64,000 nt of DNA from Bacilli bacterium. GTDB taxonomy: Bacteria > Bacillota_I > Bacilli_A > RF39 > UBA660. Each line of letters opens with the position of its first letter. The stretch's first letter is position 1. Location: positions 5,766-69,765 of the forward strand of contig JAFRUZ010000011.1 of NCBI GenBank assembly GCA_017438635.1. Reading direction: 5' to 3'. A program made the position numbers and the translations under genes. Under the pieces are notes generated by a model. That model was not told where the DNA came from. It saw nothing but the letters and a program-made list of their open reading frames with translations, and did not search any database. Shown here one piece after another: positions 36,295-45,735 of this stretch.

Positions 36295-36318
36295 TAAATC
36301 ACCACCAATTTCTTGTAA

Positions 36319-36348
36319 ATTATACCATATTTTTTATCTTTTAGTCAA
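36319..36348 (-). promoter_or_regulatory. Promoter for pilin paralog 3 and the head of the T4SS set
   Basis: The minus strand reads TTGACT, an 18-nt spacer, then TATAAT with a TGn extension (TGGTATAAT). Confidence 0.5.
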
Positions 36349-36411
36349 TAATATTACAGATTTTATTTATTTTATTTAAAAACTGTGTTATTATTTTAGG
36401 GAGGTGTTTTT

Positions 36412-36846
36412 ATGAAGAAATATAAATGGTTAATAATCTTAGGTGTAGTAATTCTAACATTATCTATAATTGCAATAGTATTCTCTGATAAACCAATAGA
36501 TGAAGATAAGTATTTACGTGAAATACCATTATCAAAAGTTATTAAAAAAATAGATAATAAAGAAACATTTATTCTGTATATAAAACAAACAAGCTGTGAG
36601 CATTGTAAAGCCTTCTCTCCTGTATTTGCAAGAGTATTAATGGAAAACAAGCTTAAAGCTTATGTATTAAATCTTACAAACTTATCTGATGAAGAAAATG
36701 AAACATATAACAAAAAGTTTAATGTAAATGGTACTCCTACAGTTCTCTTCTACAGTGAAGGTAGTGAAAGCCTAGTTAGAATTGAAGGAGAACAAACTAG
36801 AGATAGAATAATATCTAAATTACAAGCCTCAGGATTTCTAAAATAA
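36412..36846 (+). CDS. Membrane-anchored thioredoxin-fold thiol-disulfide oxidoreductase (CxxC = CEHC)
   Basis: N-terminal anchor KWLIILGVVILTLSIIAIVF, then FILYIKQTSCEHCKAFSPVF and GTPTVLFY (the cis-Pro loop of the thioredoxin fold). GGGAGGTG SD. Confidence 0.8.
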   Translation: MKKYKWLIILGVVILTLSIIAIVFSDKPIDEDKYLREIPLSKVIKKIDNKETFILYIKQTSCEHCKAFSPVFARVLMENKLKAYVLNLTNLSDEENETYNKKFNVNGTPTVLFYSEGSESLVRIEGEQTRDRIISKLQASGFLK

Positions 36847-36872
36847 AAGTAGATACAAATCTACTTTTTTTT
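36846..36872 (+). terminator. Rho-independent terminator after the thioredoxin gene
   Basis: Stem AAAGTAGAT, loop ACAA, stem ATCTACTTT followed by TTTTT. Confidence 0.6.
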
Positions 36873-37748
36873 GTTTTTTAAATAATATGGTTTTATTAAT
36901 CTATCCCCACTACTTATTTTATTAATTAATTTCCTTACAATCTGTATATTTTTTATCTCATCGTTTGAAAACTCTATTTTAAAAGGAACTGAAATAATTA
37001 TAAAAAACAGTTTCATCTCATCAATAGTTAATGGATATTTTTCTAAATAATGATTTAACAAAACACTAAAATCTATTTTATCGTGATATTTATTATAAAT
37101 ACCTACTAAATCATATATAGGAAGATCCACTTTAGAGTTATTCCAACTTATTAAATATGAATTCTTATTTACAAGTACATGCTCTAAATCTAAGTTATTA
37201 TGAATGAATACTACTCTTTGTTTATTATTACTTTTAATTATTTCATACCAATTATCCAATTCATTTTTACAAAAAGATAAAGATCCATAAATCTTTGAAA
37301 TATTACGCGCTAACAAATAATGTGAAGGAGACATATATATTTCACTATCTATAGAATCATTTAAAGCAATATAATAATTATATAAATACTCTATTTTTTT
37401 TAATAAATCTTCATATATAATTTTATAGTCATCTATATCTATGTTTTTATATCTAGTAGTCTTAGTATGTAATAAAATAATCAAGTTTATCATTTCATAA
37501 AGTCTTTCTTCTGAAGAAATATTACTATCGTTTATATATGAAAATACATCATAATTATCAATCTTATAATAAACAGGGAAACTATTAAAACTCCTAGAGT
37601 ATAAATAATCAAACTTATCTTTTAAATTACAATTATTATCTTTTATTACAAAGTTATTTTTACCATCATTAATTAAATATGCACTATTAATCTTTCTTAT
37701 ACTTTTAATTGTTAAACCATTATTCTTAAATAATTTATAATTAATCAT
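36861..37748 (-). CDS. CotS/YsxE-like phosphotransferase-fold (spore coat kinase-like) protein
   Basis: VFIHNNLDLEHVLVNKNSYLISWNNSKVDLPIYDLV fits the HxDxxxxN...D motif spacing of the APH/CotS family. Its 8-nt overlap with the upstream SpoVID-like gene mirrors the Bacillus spoVID-ysxE pairing. Confidence 0.6.
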   Translation of the reverse strand: MINYKLFKNNGLTIKSIRKINSAYLINDGKNNFVIKDNNCNLKDKFDYLYSRSFNSFPVYYKIDNYDVFSYINDSNISSEERLYEMINLIILLHTKTTRYKNIDIDDYKIIYEDLLKKIEYLYNYYIALNDSIDSEIYMSPSHYLLARNISKIYGSLSFCKNELDNWYEIIKSNNKQRVVFIHNNLDLEHVLVNKNSYLISWNNSKVDLPIYDLVGIYNKYHDKIDFSVLLNHYLEKYPLTIDEMKLFFIIISVPFKIEFSNDEIKNIQIVRKLINKISSGDRLIKPYYLKNKKK

Positions 37749-38373
37749 TAAAACTAGGTATTACTATTTTAGAACCTACTTTTATACTATCTAAGTCATT
37801 ATAATCTCCTAAATCATCTTTTGTTATGTTATATTTTTCTAAAACACTATCTATGCTATCCCCTTCTTTAAATATATATACTTTATAAGTTAAATAAGTA
37901 TCACTTTGTTTTTTTATTGATTCTTGAACCTCTAAAAAAGAAGTTATTTCTGGTTTCTCTTCTTCAATACATCTATCATCATCTCTTAATACTTCTACTA
38001 CCTCTTCCTCTTTTGCTTCTTTTTCTTCTTTAATTTCTTCTTTTTCTTTCTTTTGTAAATTATCTATTACTAGCACAATATTTATTCTAAGTACTTCATC
38101 ATCTATTATCTCATAATGAAAATCATCTATATCCACAGTAGCATGAAACGTATCATATTCATCACTTATTGCTATTTCACATGGTATTTTATAACTATAA
38201 GTTTCTTCTAAAGCAGAAGTTTCTATCATTTTATAACTACCATTTATATAAAAATTACCACTTATTAAATCTTCTCCCTTTAACATTAAATCATTGTCTA
38301 AACTTATAGAAATAATTTCCCCAATCTTAGTCTTAAATGTAATATCTTTTGTAAAAGGTATAGTTTGTTTCAT
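37741..38373 (-). CDS. SpoVID-like protein: N-terminal SPOCS-type domain, E/K-rich linker, C-terminal LysM
   Basis: N-terminus MKQTIPFTKDITFKTKIGEIISISLDNDL. C-terminal LysM TYKVYIFKEGDSIDSVLEKYNITKDDLGDYNDLDSIKVGSKIVIP. Confidence 0.65.
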   Translation of the reverse strand: MKQTIPFTKDITFKTKIGEIISISLDNDLMLKGEDLISGNFYINGSYKMIETSALEETYSYKIPCEIAISDEYDTFHATVDIDDFHYEIIDDEVLRINIVLVIDNLQKKEKEEIKEEKEAKEEEVVEVLRDDDRCIEEEKPEITSFLEVQESIKKQSDTYLTYKVYIFKEGDSIDSVLEKYNITKDDLGDYNDLDSIKVGSKIVIPSFND

Positions 38374-38434
38374 TATATCCCTCCTACTGGAAGTATATTA
38401 AACAAGTAATTAAATAGAACAAAAAAACTAATTA

Positions 38435-39067
38435 TTAATTAGTCTTAGTATTACACATTGATAAAATATTATAAATATGAATATGTTTACTACAAAAACT
38501 ATTTAAACTTTTCTTTAAATAATTATAAATATATTCAAAATCTTTACTCTCTTTATTAGTAAATTCATAGTATAAATAGATTAATTTATTTATATCTTTG
38601 TCTTTATATAAAGAGTCTAGTTCTACCAGTAATAGTTCTTTTATTTTTGATTCAGTTCTAGTTAAGGTATTATCTTTTTTTATTCTATTTTTTATAATTT
38701 TATAATCTATTTTTATATTATCTAAACTATCTAAAGAAAGTAGTATTTCATATTCTTCATCTAATAATAATCTAGAAATATATTTTACTACATTATTCTC
38801 TATTAATAATCCTATTACTATATTCCCATCTGTTAATAAACATAACTTACACTTTTCTTTTATATTATTAATTTCATACTTTGGAATACTATTAGTAAAG
38901 TTTGAAGATAGTAATACTGTATTATTAACTATATCTTTTACTATTTGTTCGTCAACTTTAAATAGCATTATTTTTTTTATATACTTTATATTATCATTAT
39001 CATCCCATTCAAAAAACTCTATCAAATCTTCATTAAAATTAAGTAAGATATCATATATATAATCCAT
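38435..39067 (-). CDS. Conserved hypothetical protein
   Basis: 210 aa with a GAGGGA SD. N-terminus MDYIYDILLNFNEDLIEFFEWDDND. It may belong to a Bacillota DUF family, but this was not verified. Confidence 0.5.
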   Translation of the reverse strand: MDYIYDILLNFNEDLIEFFEWDDNDNIKYIKKIMLFKVDEQIVKDIVNNTVLLSSNFTNSIPKYEINNIKEKCKLCLLTDGNIVIGLLIENNVVKYISRLLLDEEYEILLSLDSLDNIKIDYKIIKNRIKKDNTLTRTESKIKELLLVELDSLYKDKDINKLIYLYYEFTNKESKDFEYIYNYLKKSLNSFCSKHIHIYNILSMCNTKTN

Positions 39068-39160
39068 TTATAATCCCTCAGAAATAGTATATACAATATT
39101 TTATTTTTTAATGTGTTTAAAAAAAGACAAATTTGGTATATAATTAATATAGGTGATTTT

Positions 39161-39991
39161 ATGTTAAGAATTATTTGGTATGTAGTTCTTGGTATTGTCC
39201 AAGGATTTACTGAACCTATTCCAGTATCATCAAGCGGACATGTAATGATAATTAATAATCTTTTAAAAACTAATATTGATATTGAATTACTTGCTATACT
39301 TACTAATTTTGGTAGTTTAATAGCTATCATATTCTTATACAGAAAAAAGATTATTGTTTTAGTAAAAGATTTCTTTTCATGTCTAAAAGCATTATTTTCT
39401 AAGCATAAGATAAAAGACAAACAAGTATATAATAATTTTAAATACTGTATATATTTAATAATTGGAACAATACCTGCAGGAATTATAGGTTTAATTGTTA
39501 CTAAACTTAATCTATTTGATTTCCTAGATAACAACATTAAATTTGTAGGTGTTACTCTTCTAATTACAGCGATATTCTTATTCTTGATTAGAAATATAAA
39601 AGGAAGTAAAGATAATGAAAATATAACAACTAAAGATGCAATTATAATTGGTTTATTCCAAGCAATTGCAGTTCTTCCGGGTATATCAAGAAGTGGTGCT
39701 ACCATTGTTGGAGGTATGACTAGAGATTTAAAAAGAGAAACAGCATTTGATTTTTCATTCTTACTTTATATTCCTATAAGTTTAGCAACTGGCCTACTTG
39801 GTTTTAAAGATTTACTCAGTGCTAATATTGATACTTTTACATTTGTATTATATATTTTAGCAACAGTAATCGCAGGTATAGTTACATACTTTGCTACTAA
39901 ATGGTTCAAAGATATTGTTAAAAAAGGAAAACTTATATACTTTGTAATATACTGTGCTATTGTAGGAACAATTATAATATTATTTTTATAG
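39161..39991 (+). CDS. uppP: Undecaprenyl-diphosphate phosphatase (BacA/UppP)
   Basis: GIVQGFTEPIPVSSSGH, QAIAVLPGISRSGATIVGG and FSFLLYIPISLA. The start at MLRIIWY has an AGGTGA SD. Confidence 0.9.
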   Translation: MLRIIWYVVLGIVQGFTEPIPVSSSGHVMIINNLLKTNIDIELLAILTNFGSLIAIIFLYRKKIIVLVKDFFSCLKALFSKHKIKDKQVYNNFKYCIYLIIGTIPAGIIGLIVTKLNLFDFLDNNIKFVGVTLLITAIFLFLIRNIKGSKDNENITTKDAIIIGLFQAIAVLPGISRSGATIVGGMTRDLKRETAFDFSFLLYIPISLATGLLGFKDLLSANIDTFTFVLYILATVIAGIVTYFATKWFKDIVKKGKLIYFVIYCAIVGTIIILFL

Positions 39992-40016
39992 GAAATAAAA
40001 AAAAATGATTATTTAA

Positions 40017-41084
40017 TCATTTTTTTATTATTGTATCTTTTCTTTGAAGACTAACTATTTCTTCAGGGGTTAATAATTCTCCTGAAGATCTTTTATTTTC
40101 AAGTAAACTGTTATAACTCATTACAATTTGTTTATAATTATCTAAACCAAATTCTTTAATTACACCACATAACTCTTTTATATCGATAGAACTATGTAAA
40201 TTAGATAATAATTTAGATTGTAACATATCATTTACAGGCATATGTTCAAATAAATATTTATAAAAGTCTTCTTGATAATAATCAAAAACTAAATTAATGT
40301 TATCATATTCATCTTTAACTGAAGATAATTTATCTTTATCAGCACTTTTACCAGTTAATACATCAAAATGAAGAACTTGTGCTATATCCCTTTCTTTAGC
40401 AATATTATCAATCGTAGCAAGAGTCATTTCTTTTGTGTCTGAATCACGATATCCCCTATCTTTTCTAGATAAAGATAACTCTTCAGGTATATATCTACCT
40501 GTACTAGCAAGTGTTTCTTTTACTGCTTCTTTTAAAGAACCATCAAAAACTCTTTTTTCAAAATCACACTCAAACAGTTTAGCCTTCAATTCATCTGGTA
40601 AAGACTCATAATACTTTTCTTCAATTAAAACTATAGCATCTTTTGATAACTCAATACTTCCTTTTACAGCAGTATCTGTAGGCACTAAAGAAACAACTTG
40701 ATCAATATGTTGAGATAAAGCATCAATAACTGCACATTTTTTATCAAAAAAAGTATTATTACCAAAACTAACCTCTGAATCATCAGGAACTAATCCATTT
40801 AATGAGAACAATATCATAGAATTATAATCAGAATTATATGGAATATAATCATTTTTAATATTAGCAAGTGTTTTTCTATACTCTTCTAAATAAGAATCAT
40901 CATCAGCCTTTGACCAATCAAATTGAGGTAATAATCCTTCTTCAACAAGCATAGTATGTATCTCACTAGAATATGCAAGATTAAAATTCCTTTTTAAATA
41001 AGGTGTCTCACTTATCGGCCTCATAACCCCATCAAAAGGAATAACATTAGTAGCTCTTACTAAAGCAATATTATCAATATTCAT
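40017..41084 (-). CDS. Hypothetical protein (355 aa)
   Basis: Long ORF with an SD. No motif was recognised. Confidence 0.5.
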   Translation of the reverse strand: MNIDNIALVRATNVIPFDGVMRPISETPYLKRNFNLAYSSEIHTMLVEEGLLPQFDWSKADDDSYLEEYRKTLANIKNDYIPYNSDYNSMILFSLNGLVPDDSEVSFGNNTFFDKKCAVIDALSQHIDQVVSLVPTDTAVKGSIELSKDAIVLIEEKYYESLPDELKAKLFECDFEKRVFDGSLKEAVKETLASTGRYIPEELSLSRKDRGYRDSDTKEMTLATIDNIAKERDIAQVLHFDVLTGKSADKDKLSSVKDEYDNINLVFDYYQEDFYKYLFEHMPVNDMLQSKLLSNLHSSIDIKELCGVIKEFGLDNYKQIVMSYNSLLENKRSSGELLTPEEIVSLQRKDTIIKK

Positions 41085-41101
41085 TTAGAATCAACTCCAT
41101 C

Positions 41102-42055
41102 CTATAATACAAAAACTAAAGTGTAATATATTACGAATATAGCAAGCATAAATACCCCTTCATAACGTGTAATTCTTTTAAAAGTTCTAGAAAATAGAAA
41201 TAATAAAACTGCTGATAATACTAACATTACTAAATCTATCATTTGAAAACTACTTGGTGTAACAGTGCCATAAATAGCAACTGGTATACCTAAAACTATA
41301 CAAATATTAAATATATTACTACCTATTATATTACCTACTAAAAGATCTTGTTCTCCTTTTTTAGAAGATACAATAGTAGTAACAAGTTCTGGAAGTGACG
41401 TTCCAAATGCTATTATAGTAAGTGCTATTATTCTTTCACTTAAACCAACAGATACTGCTATAGAAGAAGCATTATCAACTACAAAATTACTTCCTATAAT
41501 TATACCTACTAAACCAATTAATACTAATATAAGAGATTTCAATAGTTTATACTTAGGCTTATCCTCTTCTTTTGATTCTTTTTTTTGCTTAGCTAAACTT
41601 ATCAAATAATATAAGAATACTGAAAAGAAAAGTAATATAACTAGTGCATCACTTCTAGTAATTTGATTTACTGAACCATTTCCTAAAGCAATATCAATAA
41701 ACAAAACTACTAATAAAGTAGAAATAAGCATTGTAAGTGGTAATTCTTTTTTTACAGTATTATCTCTAATTTGTATAGGATGAATTACAGCAGCTACTCC
41801 AAGAATTAATAAAATATTCATAATACAGCTACCAATAACGTTACCTAAAACCATATCTGTACTACCAGAAGCTAAAGCACTCATTGATACTGCAAATTCT
41901 GGAGCACTAGTACCAAAAGCAATTATTGTTAAACCTATTAACATTTTAGAAACTTTAAAATTCTGTGCTGTTGATGAAGCACCATCTACAAAAAAATCAG
42001 CACCTTTTATCAATAATACAAAACCCAAAATAAGCAAAAGTACATTAACTAACAT
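41102..42055 (-). CDS. Ca2+/Na+ antiporter (CaCA / YrbG family)
   Basis: It has two internal alpha-repeats (GLTIIAFGTSAPEFAVS and ALTIIAFGTSLPELVTT, each followed by GN(V/I)IGS), about 10 TM helices and an AGGAGGA SD. Confidence 0.85.
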   Translation of the reverse strand: MLVNVLLLILGFVLLIKGADFFVDGASSTAQNFKVSKMLIGLTIIAFGTSAPEFAVSMSALASGSTDMVLGNVIGSCIMNILLILGVAAVIHPIQIRDNTVKKELPLTMLISTLLVVLFIDIALGNGSVNQITRSDALVILLFFSVFLYYLISLAKQKKESKEEDKPKYKLLKSLILVLIGLVGIIIGSNFVVDNASSIAVSVGLSERIIALTIIAFGTSLPELVTTIVSSKKGEQDLLVGNIIGSNIFNICIVLGIPVAIYGTVTPSSFQMIDLVMLVLSAVLLFLFSRTFKRITRYEGVFMLAIFVIYYTLVFVL

Positions 42056-42137
42056 ATATCCTCCTAAGTATTATATTTACTATATTAATTATAACACATA
42101 GTAGATTAATATATTAAAAAATACAACTTAGTTGACA

Positions 42138-42160
42138 CAAAAAAACTAGCCTAAGCTAGT
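42138..42160 (-). terminator. Rho-independent terminator after tRNA-Arg
   Basis: The minus strand reads stem ACTAGC, loop TTAG, stem GCTAGT followed by TTTTTT. Confidence 0.55.
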
Positions 42161-42171
42161 ATTAATCAATA

Positions 42172-42248
42172 TGGCGCGCCCAGAAGGATTTGAACCCTCA
42201 ACCTCTTGGTCCGTAGCCAAACGCTCTATCCAATTGAGCTATGAGCGC
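42172..42248 (-). tRNA. tRNA-Arg (anticodon ACG), CCA encoded
   Basis: The reverse complement is GCGCTCATAGCTCAATTGGATAGAGCGTTTGGCTACGGACCAAGAGGTTGAGGGTTCAAATCCTTCTGGGCGCGCCA. It folds as a cloverleaf with anticodon loop CTACGGA and T-loop TTCAAAT. Confidence 0.9.
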
Positions 42249-42323
42249 ATCTTTCCAACAAAAAGATTATACTATAAATTACACTTTTTTTCAAGTACTA
42301 AGCAAAAAATAGCAGTATTACTG

Positions 42324-43010
42324 CTATTTATCTATTTCAAAATAATTACCGCTATCTAAGTACAATTTACCAGTTTTACCTTCAAATTTAACTACCATTT
42401 TATCATAATCGTTAAAATTCTTAAACTTTGGAAGATTAATATATACTCTATTTGAATCATTCATATAAAGAATGAATCTATCTTCATCATATTTAGTAGG
42501 TTCATATTTTATTTGTGAAACTCTCTTTAATAAACCATAATTAATTTGTTTTAGTTTTTTAATTAAATCATCATATTTAGTATTAGGTACATAATTAATT
42601 AAATAAGGAACATCTAAATCCTTTGATACATTATTTTTAACCTCATTATTCTTATCAAATACTATCATATTAGTATCTTCTCTTATAAATAATGGTTTGT
42701 TCTCTTCTATATAAATATGAAATTGTAATAATAAGTCCCTTTTAACTTCTACATTTTTTATAAATACATCTTTTTCTAGTTTTCTTTCAATATTTTTAGT
42801 ATTTGTTAAAAAGAAATTAGGATAATCTATAATATCAGCAATTTCTAATATCTCATCATCACTTACAATACTATTACCATGCATGATAACAGTTCTTGTT
42901 TTTACATCTAATACATAAGAACACAGTAAAAATACACCAAGACCAATAAGTATAATGACACTTAGTATAAAAATAAATATTTTAAATTTTCTACGTGTTC
43001 TTTTCTTCAT
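42324..43010 (-). CDS. divIB: Cell division protein DivIB/FtsQ
   Basis: Basic N-terminus, one TM helix, then a POTRA-like segment (VIMHGNSIVSDDEILEIADI...FIKNVEVKRDLLLQFHIYIEE). It occupies the canonical position after murB. Confidence 0.8.
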   Translation of the reverse strand: MKKRTRRKFKIFIFILSVIILIGLGVFLLCSYVLDVKTRTVIMHGNSIVSDDEILEIADIIDYPNFFLTNTKNIERKLEKDVFIKNVEVKRDLLLQFHIYIEENKPLFIREDTNMIVFDKNNEVKNNVSKDLDVPYLINYVPNTKYDDLIKKLKQINYGLLKRVSQIKYEPTKYDEDRFILYMNDSNRVYINLPKFKNFNDYDKMVVKFEGKTGKLYLDSGNYFEIDK

Positions 43011-43011
43011 A

Positions 43012-43926
43012 TTATTTCTCCCAATTAAATAATTCTTGTTCTATATGTAAATCTATTCCATAATTATCTTTTACTTTGTCTTTTGCTAAATCCATTAAAT
43101 ATTTAATATCTTCTGCAGTAGCATTATCTTTATTAATTATAAAGTTTGCATGTTTATCACTTATTTGTCCACCACCATGAGTAAATCCTTTCAAATTAGA
43201 ATCTTCAATTAATTTACCTGCATAATTACCTTCTGGATTTCTAAATACTGATCCTGCAGATGGATATTCTAATGGTTGTGATGATAATCTTCTATTTTTA
43301 CGGTCTTCTATAAGTGCAACTATTTGATCTTTATCTCCTTTTTCTAATTTAAAAAAAGCTTTTAAAACAATCCAATCTTTTTCCATAAATATTGAATGTC
43401 TATAACTAAAATCTAAATCTTTATTTTGAACAGTTCTAACATTAAAATCTTCATCTAAAATTTCAGCTTTAATTAAAACTTTAGAAATATCACTTAAATA
43501 AGCACCTGCATTCATATATACTGCTCCCCCAACTGTTGCAGGAATACCACAAGCAAATTCAAGTCCAGAGTAGCCCTCTTTTGATACATTATTGGCAAGA
43601 AGTGGTAAATTGTAACCAGCTTCTACTTCTACTATATTCCCTTCTTGTTTTACTTTATTTAAATTATTAAGTTTAATTATTACGCCTTCATATTCTCTAC
43701 TACTAGCTAATATGTTTGATCCATTACCAAACACTTTAAACTTTATATTATTTTCTTTTATATATTTTAATATTTCTTTTAAAGAATCAACACTATTTGG
43801 ATAAACTACAAGTCTAGCATTTCCTCCTGTTTTATATGTAGTAAGAGTTTTTAAAGAAACATTTTCTTTATAAGTTCCAAGAGCTTTATCATTAATTATG
43901 TTTATTAATTCACTCACTTTATTCAC
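43012..43926 (-). CDS. murB: UDP-N-acetylenolpyruvoylglucosamine reductase
   Basis: TYKTGGNARL, GNGSNIL, SAGSVFRNP and HANFIIN motifs. GTG start overlapping the murG stop. Confidence 0.95.
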   Translation of the reverse strand: MNKVSELINIINDKALGTYKENVSLKTLTTYKTGGNARLVVYPNSVDSLKEILKYIKENNIKFKVFGNGSNILASSREYEGVIIKLNNLNKVKQEGNIVEVEAGYNLPLLANNVSKEGYSGLEFACGIPATVGGAVYMNAGAYLSDISKVLIKAEILDEDFNVRTVQNKDLDFSYRHSIFMEKDWIVLKAFFKLEKGDKDQIVALIEDRKNRRLSSQPLEYPSAGSVFRNPEGNYAGKLIEDSNLKGFTHGGGQISDKHANFIINKDNATAEDIKYLMDLAKDKVKDNYGIDLHIEQELFNWEK

Positions 43927-44995
43927 CTAATAGCCTTTCTATTTCGTTATAAATTCTAGTATTACTATCCGTAATACCAATCTTCTTAGCAGATGATACC
44001 ATTTTCTTATAACATTCTTTATCTCCTAGTATTTCATCTATTTTATTTAATAAAAGTTCTCCTTCAAAATCAGCTTCTCTTATTACAACAGAAGCACCAA
44101 CATCTTCCAAATCTTTAGCATTTATTTCTTGATGGTTGTTAGCAACATATGGACTTGGAATAAGTATCGAAGGAATACCTAGTGAAGTTATTTCAGATAT
44201 TATAGTAGCTCCTGCCCTTGTAATAATTAAATCAGTGTATTTTAAAACTTCACCCATTTTCTCAATATATGGAACTATTTTTACGTTCTTAGGGAGTTTT
44301 GTTTTAGCAATTTCATCATAGTTATCTTTACCTGTAACTAATAAAACTTCATATGACTTTGTCTTAAAATCATTTAACATATTTACTATTTTTTGATTTA
44401 TAGTAGAGGCTCCTAAAGAACCCATTGTTATTAATACTAGTCTTTTTGACAATGAAAGATCATAATCTCTTTTATCACCCTTTTTAAATTTTTGGATTTC
44501 TTCACCACGAGGATTACCAGTAAGTACTACATTATTATGTTTAAAATACTTTCTAGAAGATTCCATTGAGATACATATAGAATCTGCAAACTTACTAAGT
44601 ACTAAATTAGATTTACCGGGAATACTGTTTTGTTCATGCAAAATTGTTTTAATTTTTAATGAATGAGCAGCCAAAACAACTGGAACTGTTATATAACCAC
44701 CAACACCTATAACTATATCAGGTTTAAACTTCTTCATTATTTTTTTACATTTCTTAGTGCCTGAAATTGTATTTTTTACAAACATAAAAAGCATCTTTGG
44801 ATTTTTATTTAATCCATTCATCTTAATACCTTCATAATCTATTTGCATATTAGGAACTATATCTTTTTCCATTCTATCAGTAGTCCCAATATAAAGTATT
44901 TTAGCCTTTTTATCTTCTTCTTTTATTTTGCTAATAATACTAAGAGCTGGATAAATATGACCCCCAGTACCTCCTGCAGAAACTATATACTTCAT
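43919..44995 (-). CDS. murG: Lipid II synthase MurG (UDP-GlcNAc transferase)
   Basis: AGGTGGHIYPALS, GGYITVPV, HEQNSIPG and RAGATIISE motifs. Confidence 0.95.
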   Translation of the reverse strand: MKYIVSAGGTGGHIYPALSIISKIKEEDKKAKILYIGTTDRMEKDIVPNMQIDYEGIKMNGLNKNPKMLFMFVKNTISGTKKCKKIMKKFKPDIVIGVGGYITVPVVLAAHSLKIKTILHEQNSIPGKSNLVLSKFADSICISMESSRKYFKHNNVVLTGNPRGEEIQKFKKGDKRDYDLSLSKRLVLITMGSLGASTINQKIVNMLNDFKTKSYEVLLVTGKDNYDEIAKTKLPKNVKIVPYIEKMGEVLKYTDLIITRAGATIISEITSLGIPSILIPSPYVANNHQEINAKDLEDVGASVVIREADFEGELLLNKIDEILGDKECYKKMVSSAKKIGITDSNTRIYNEIERLLGE

Positions 44996-45050
44996 ATAAT
45001 CACTCCTATAATAATTATATCATTAAATACCCCTATTATTAAACCTTTTA

Positions 45051-45638
45051 TTAATTTCTTAATGAGAATTGACACCCACAATAGTCTTGTCTATATAAAT
45101 CATATTCTTTAGATAAAACTATACTTCTTTTATACCCTTCTTTTTTCTTAAAATCAGAATATAAGTACGGCATATTATACTCTTTTTCTAAAGAAAAACC
45201 TATTTCATTTATCATTTTACTATTCTTATGAGGACTTACTGACAAAGTTGTAGTAAAAAAATCATAACCGTGTTCTTTTGCATAACGACAAGTCTCTTCC
45301 ATACGTAAACTTATACATGACTTACAGCGAAGTCCTCCTTCAGGTTCTTGTTCTAAACCACGAACTTTTTCTTTATATAAATCATAGTTATAATTACCTT
45401 CAATAAATTTTATATTTTTATCTAATTTTTTTAGTAATTTTTCTTGTTCATTCTTTCTTTTTACAAACTCTTCTTCTGGATAAATATTTGGATTATAGTA
45501 TAAAACATCTATATCAAAGTATTTAGTAAGAAACTCAAGTACAGAACTAGAACAAGGTCCACAACAACTGTGTAACAATAATTTGGGTCTATAATCTAAA
45601 CTTTCTAAAAAAGACTCAAATTCTTTATATGATTTCAT
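45051..45638 (-). CDS. queH: Epoxyqueuosine reductase QueH (DUF208)
   Basis: LLLHSCCGPCSS, YYNPNIYP, RCKSC and QDYCGC, the Cys pattern of QueH. Confidence 0.85.
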   Translation of the reverse strand: MKSYKEFESFLESLDYRPKLLLHSCCGPCSSSVLEFLTKYFDIDVLYYNPNIYPEEEFVKRKNEQEKLLKKLDKNIKFIEGNYNYDLYKEKVRGLEQEPEGGLRCKSCISLRMEETCRYAKEHGYDFFTTTLSVSPHKNSKMINEIGFSLEKEYNMPYLYSDFKKKEGYKRSIVLSKEYDLYRQDYCGCQFSLRN

Positions 45639-45735
45639 ACGAATCACCAGTAAAATTATAACATAAAAAACATAAAAAAAACACTAAAACATTAGTCTTA
45701 GTGCTATTTTATTATTAAATTTAAATCAATTATAC

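Noticed and set aside
39022-39705. 227-aa minus-strand ORF opposite uppP
   Set aside because: It is entirely antisense to a well-supported uppP gene. The translation is low-complexity Ile/Leu/Lys-rich sequence with no SD. It is a typical shadow ORF of an AT-rich genome.
42171-42359. 62-aa plus-strand ORF
   Set aside because: Its first 25 codons are simply the complement of tRNA-Arg(ACG), so it is an artefact.
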